From: Chiloscyllium plagiosum
Taxonomy: Eukaryota
Reading direction: 5' to 3'
Assembly (NCBI RefSeq): GCF_004010195.1
Contig: NC_057749.1
Span: 25,472,669 to 25,536,668 of the forward strand
DNA length: 64,000 bases
Position 1 is the first letter of the stretch. The number at the start of each line of letters is the position of its first letter. Shown piece after piece: positions 62,523 to 64,000 of this stretch. A program made the translations under genes and the position numbers. The notes beneath the pieces were generated by a model that searched no databases, was not told the origin of the DNA, and worked only from the letters and a program-made list of their open reading frames with translations.

Positions 62523-62894
62523 AACCTCAGTCACTACAGGAATAGAGCCAACGCTGTTGGTCTCACCCTGCATCACAAACCAGTCATGCAGTCAACTGAA
62601 CTATGCTATCCCTACAGTCCAAGTGCATGCATTACAAACATGAAATGGATGAGTGTACCTGCACAGCTTAAAGCACCTACTTCGCGTGGTGCTGGCCCCC
62701 TCGCCTGTGTTGGGAACACAGTTAAATACATAGGTGACAATGTGCTGTCTGAAAAGAAGTTGAGATGTAAATGTAGCTTTGTAAGACTTTGGTTAGGCTA
62801 CACCCAGAATATTGCTTGCAGTTCTGGTCATCACATTATGTGGAGGCTTTGAGGAGGGTGCAGAAAAGGTTTACCAGGATGCTGCCTGGATTAG

Positions 62895-63208
62895 AGATTA
62901 GATTCCCTACAGTGTGGAAACAGGCCCTTCAGCCCAACAAGTCCACACCAACCCTCCAAAGACCAACCCACCCAGACCCACTTCCCTCTGACTAATGCAC
63001 CTAACACTATGGGCAATTTCCCATGGCCAATTTACCTGACCTGCACATCTTTGGACTGTGGGAGGAAACCGGAGCACCCGGAGGAAACCCACACAGACAC
63101 TGGGAGAATGTGCAAACTCCACACAGACAGGTGCCCGAGGCTGGAATCAAACTTGGGACCCTGATACTGTGAGGCAGCAGTGCTAACCACTGAGTCACCA
63201 TGCCACCC
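62895..63208 (-). mobile_element. V-SINE (HE1-like) inside a CR1 in mucin intron 7
   Basis: Same family features. Confidence 0.88.
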
Positions 63209-63248
63209 AGAGCATATGAGCTATCAGGAGAGGTTAGAAAAACTCAGG

Positions 63249-63376
63249 AGGAGAAAGTGAGGACTGCAGATGCTGGAGATCAGAGCTGAAAATGTGTTGC
63301 TGGAAAAGCGCAGCAGGTCAGACAGCATCCAAGGAACAGGAGAATCGACGTTTCGGGCATGAGCCTTCTTCAGGAA
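63249..63376 (-). mobile_element. Solo PLE terminal unit (hammerhead plus tail) with 13-bp flanking duplication
   Basis: AGAAAAACTCAGG at 63236-63248 and 63382-63394; sits inside a CR1 fragment. Confidence 0.75.
63341..63376 (-). ncRNA. Hammerhead motif (family A) in a solo unit
   Basis: Minus strand TTC-CTGAAGA-A-GGC-TCAT-GCCC-GAA-ACGT-C-GATTCT. Confidence 0.6.
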
Positions 63377-63831
63377 AACTCAGAAAAACTCAGGTTGCTT
63401 TCCTCTGGAGGAGCGGAGGATGAGGGGAGACCTGACAGAAGTCTGTAACATTATGAGATGCATAGATAGGGTTGACGGTCAGAAACATTTTTCCAGACTT
63501 GAAATATCTAAACCTAGGGAGCATGCATTTAAGGTGAGAGGGGGCAAGTTCAAAGGAAATGTGAGGGGCAGGTTTTCTGCACAGAGAGTGGTAGGAATCT
63601 GGAATATGCTGCCAGGAGTGGTGGATGGAGGTACAATAGGGGCATTTAGATAAGGACAGGAATATGCAAGGAATGGATGGGGACCAAGGGCAGATAGAAG
63701 GGACTAGTTTAATTTGGCATCACGTCCAGCACAACAATGTGGACCGAAGGGCCTGTTCCTGTGCTGTCCTGTTCTATTTGCTATGTAAGTGTACATTTAG
63801 ACGTGATCTATCATGGTCTTTCCTTCCTCAG

Positions 63832-63956
63832 GTCAGGGTCTTGAATTTGACCGTATTCCAGTGGCACTACGGTTTGAAACTACTACCTTCACAATTGAGC
63901 TGAATGATAGATCAACTCCCGAGTTCATTGCACTCAGCTCCAGAGTGACAAATGTG
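63832..63956 (+). CDS. Mucin-like gene exon 8 (SEA3 N-part: QGLEFDRIPVALRFETTTFTIELNDRSTPEFIALSSRVTNV); gene continues beyond window
   Basis: Acceptor tctttccttcctcag; donor GTG|GTAAGT; phase 1 to 0; SEA motif FT.EL.D.S.PEF..L. Confidence 0.9.
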
Positions 63957-64000
63957 GTAAGTCTTCCACGCAGACTTGGATGATGTGCGAATATAAAAGG

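Overview
Eukaryotic, repeat-dense DNA. The SINE/LINE complement (HE1-type V-SINEs, CR1 LINEs) points to a cartilaginous fish, probably a shark; this is inference. About 1-48 kb is mostly a mosaic of nested V-SINEs, CR1, L1 and Tx1-like LINEs, Penelope-like element (PLE) fragments, Gypsy remnants, solo LTRs, Tigger-type MITEs and satellites, with two N gaps. From 48.4 kb to the window end, a + strand spliced gene can be built by hand from 8 GT-AG exons with compatible phases (720 codons, 3'-incomplete). It encodes a signal peptide, about 38 Thr-rich 11-aa mucin repeats, and at least three tandem SEA-like domains, each on a 3-exon module. The most striking hidden signal is a minimal hammerhead-ribozyme motif (stemI-CUGANGA-A-stemII-GAA-palindromic stemIII-UH-stemI') that recurs with compensatory changes in at least four PLE-derived repeat families. 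It occurs at PLE 3' ends, in foldback hairpin elements and in ~130-nt solo units. Repeat boundaries are approximate, and no database searches were run.
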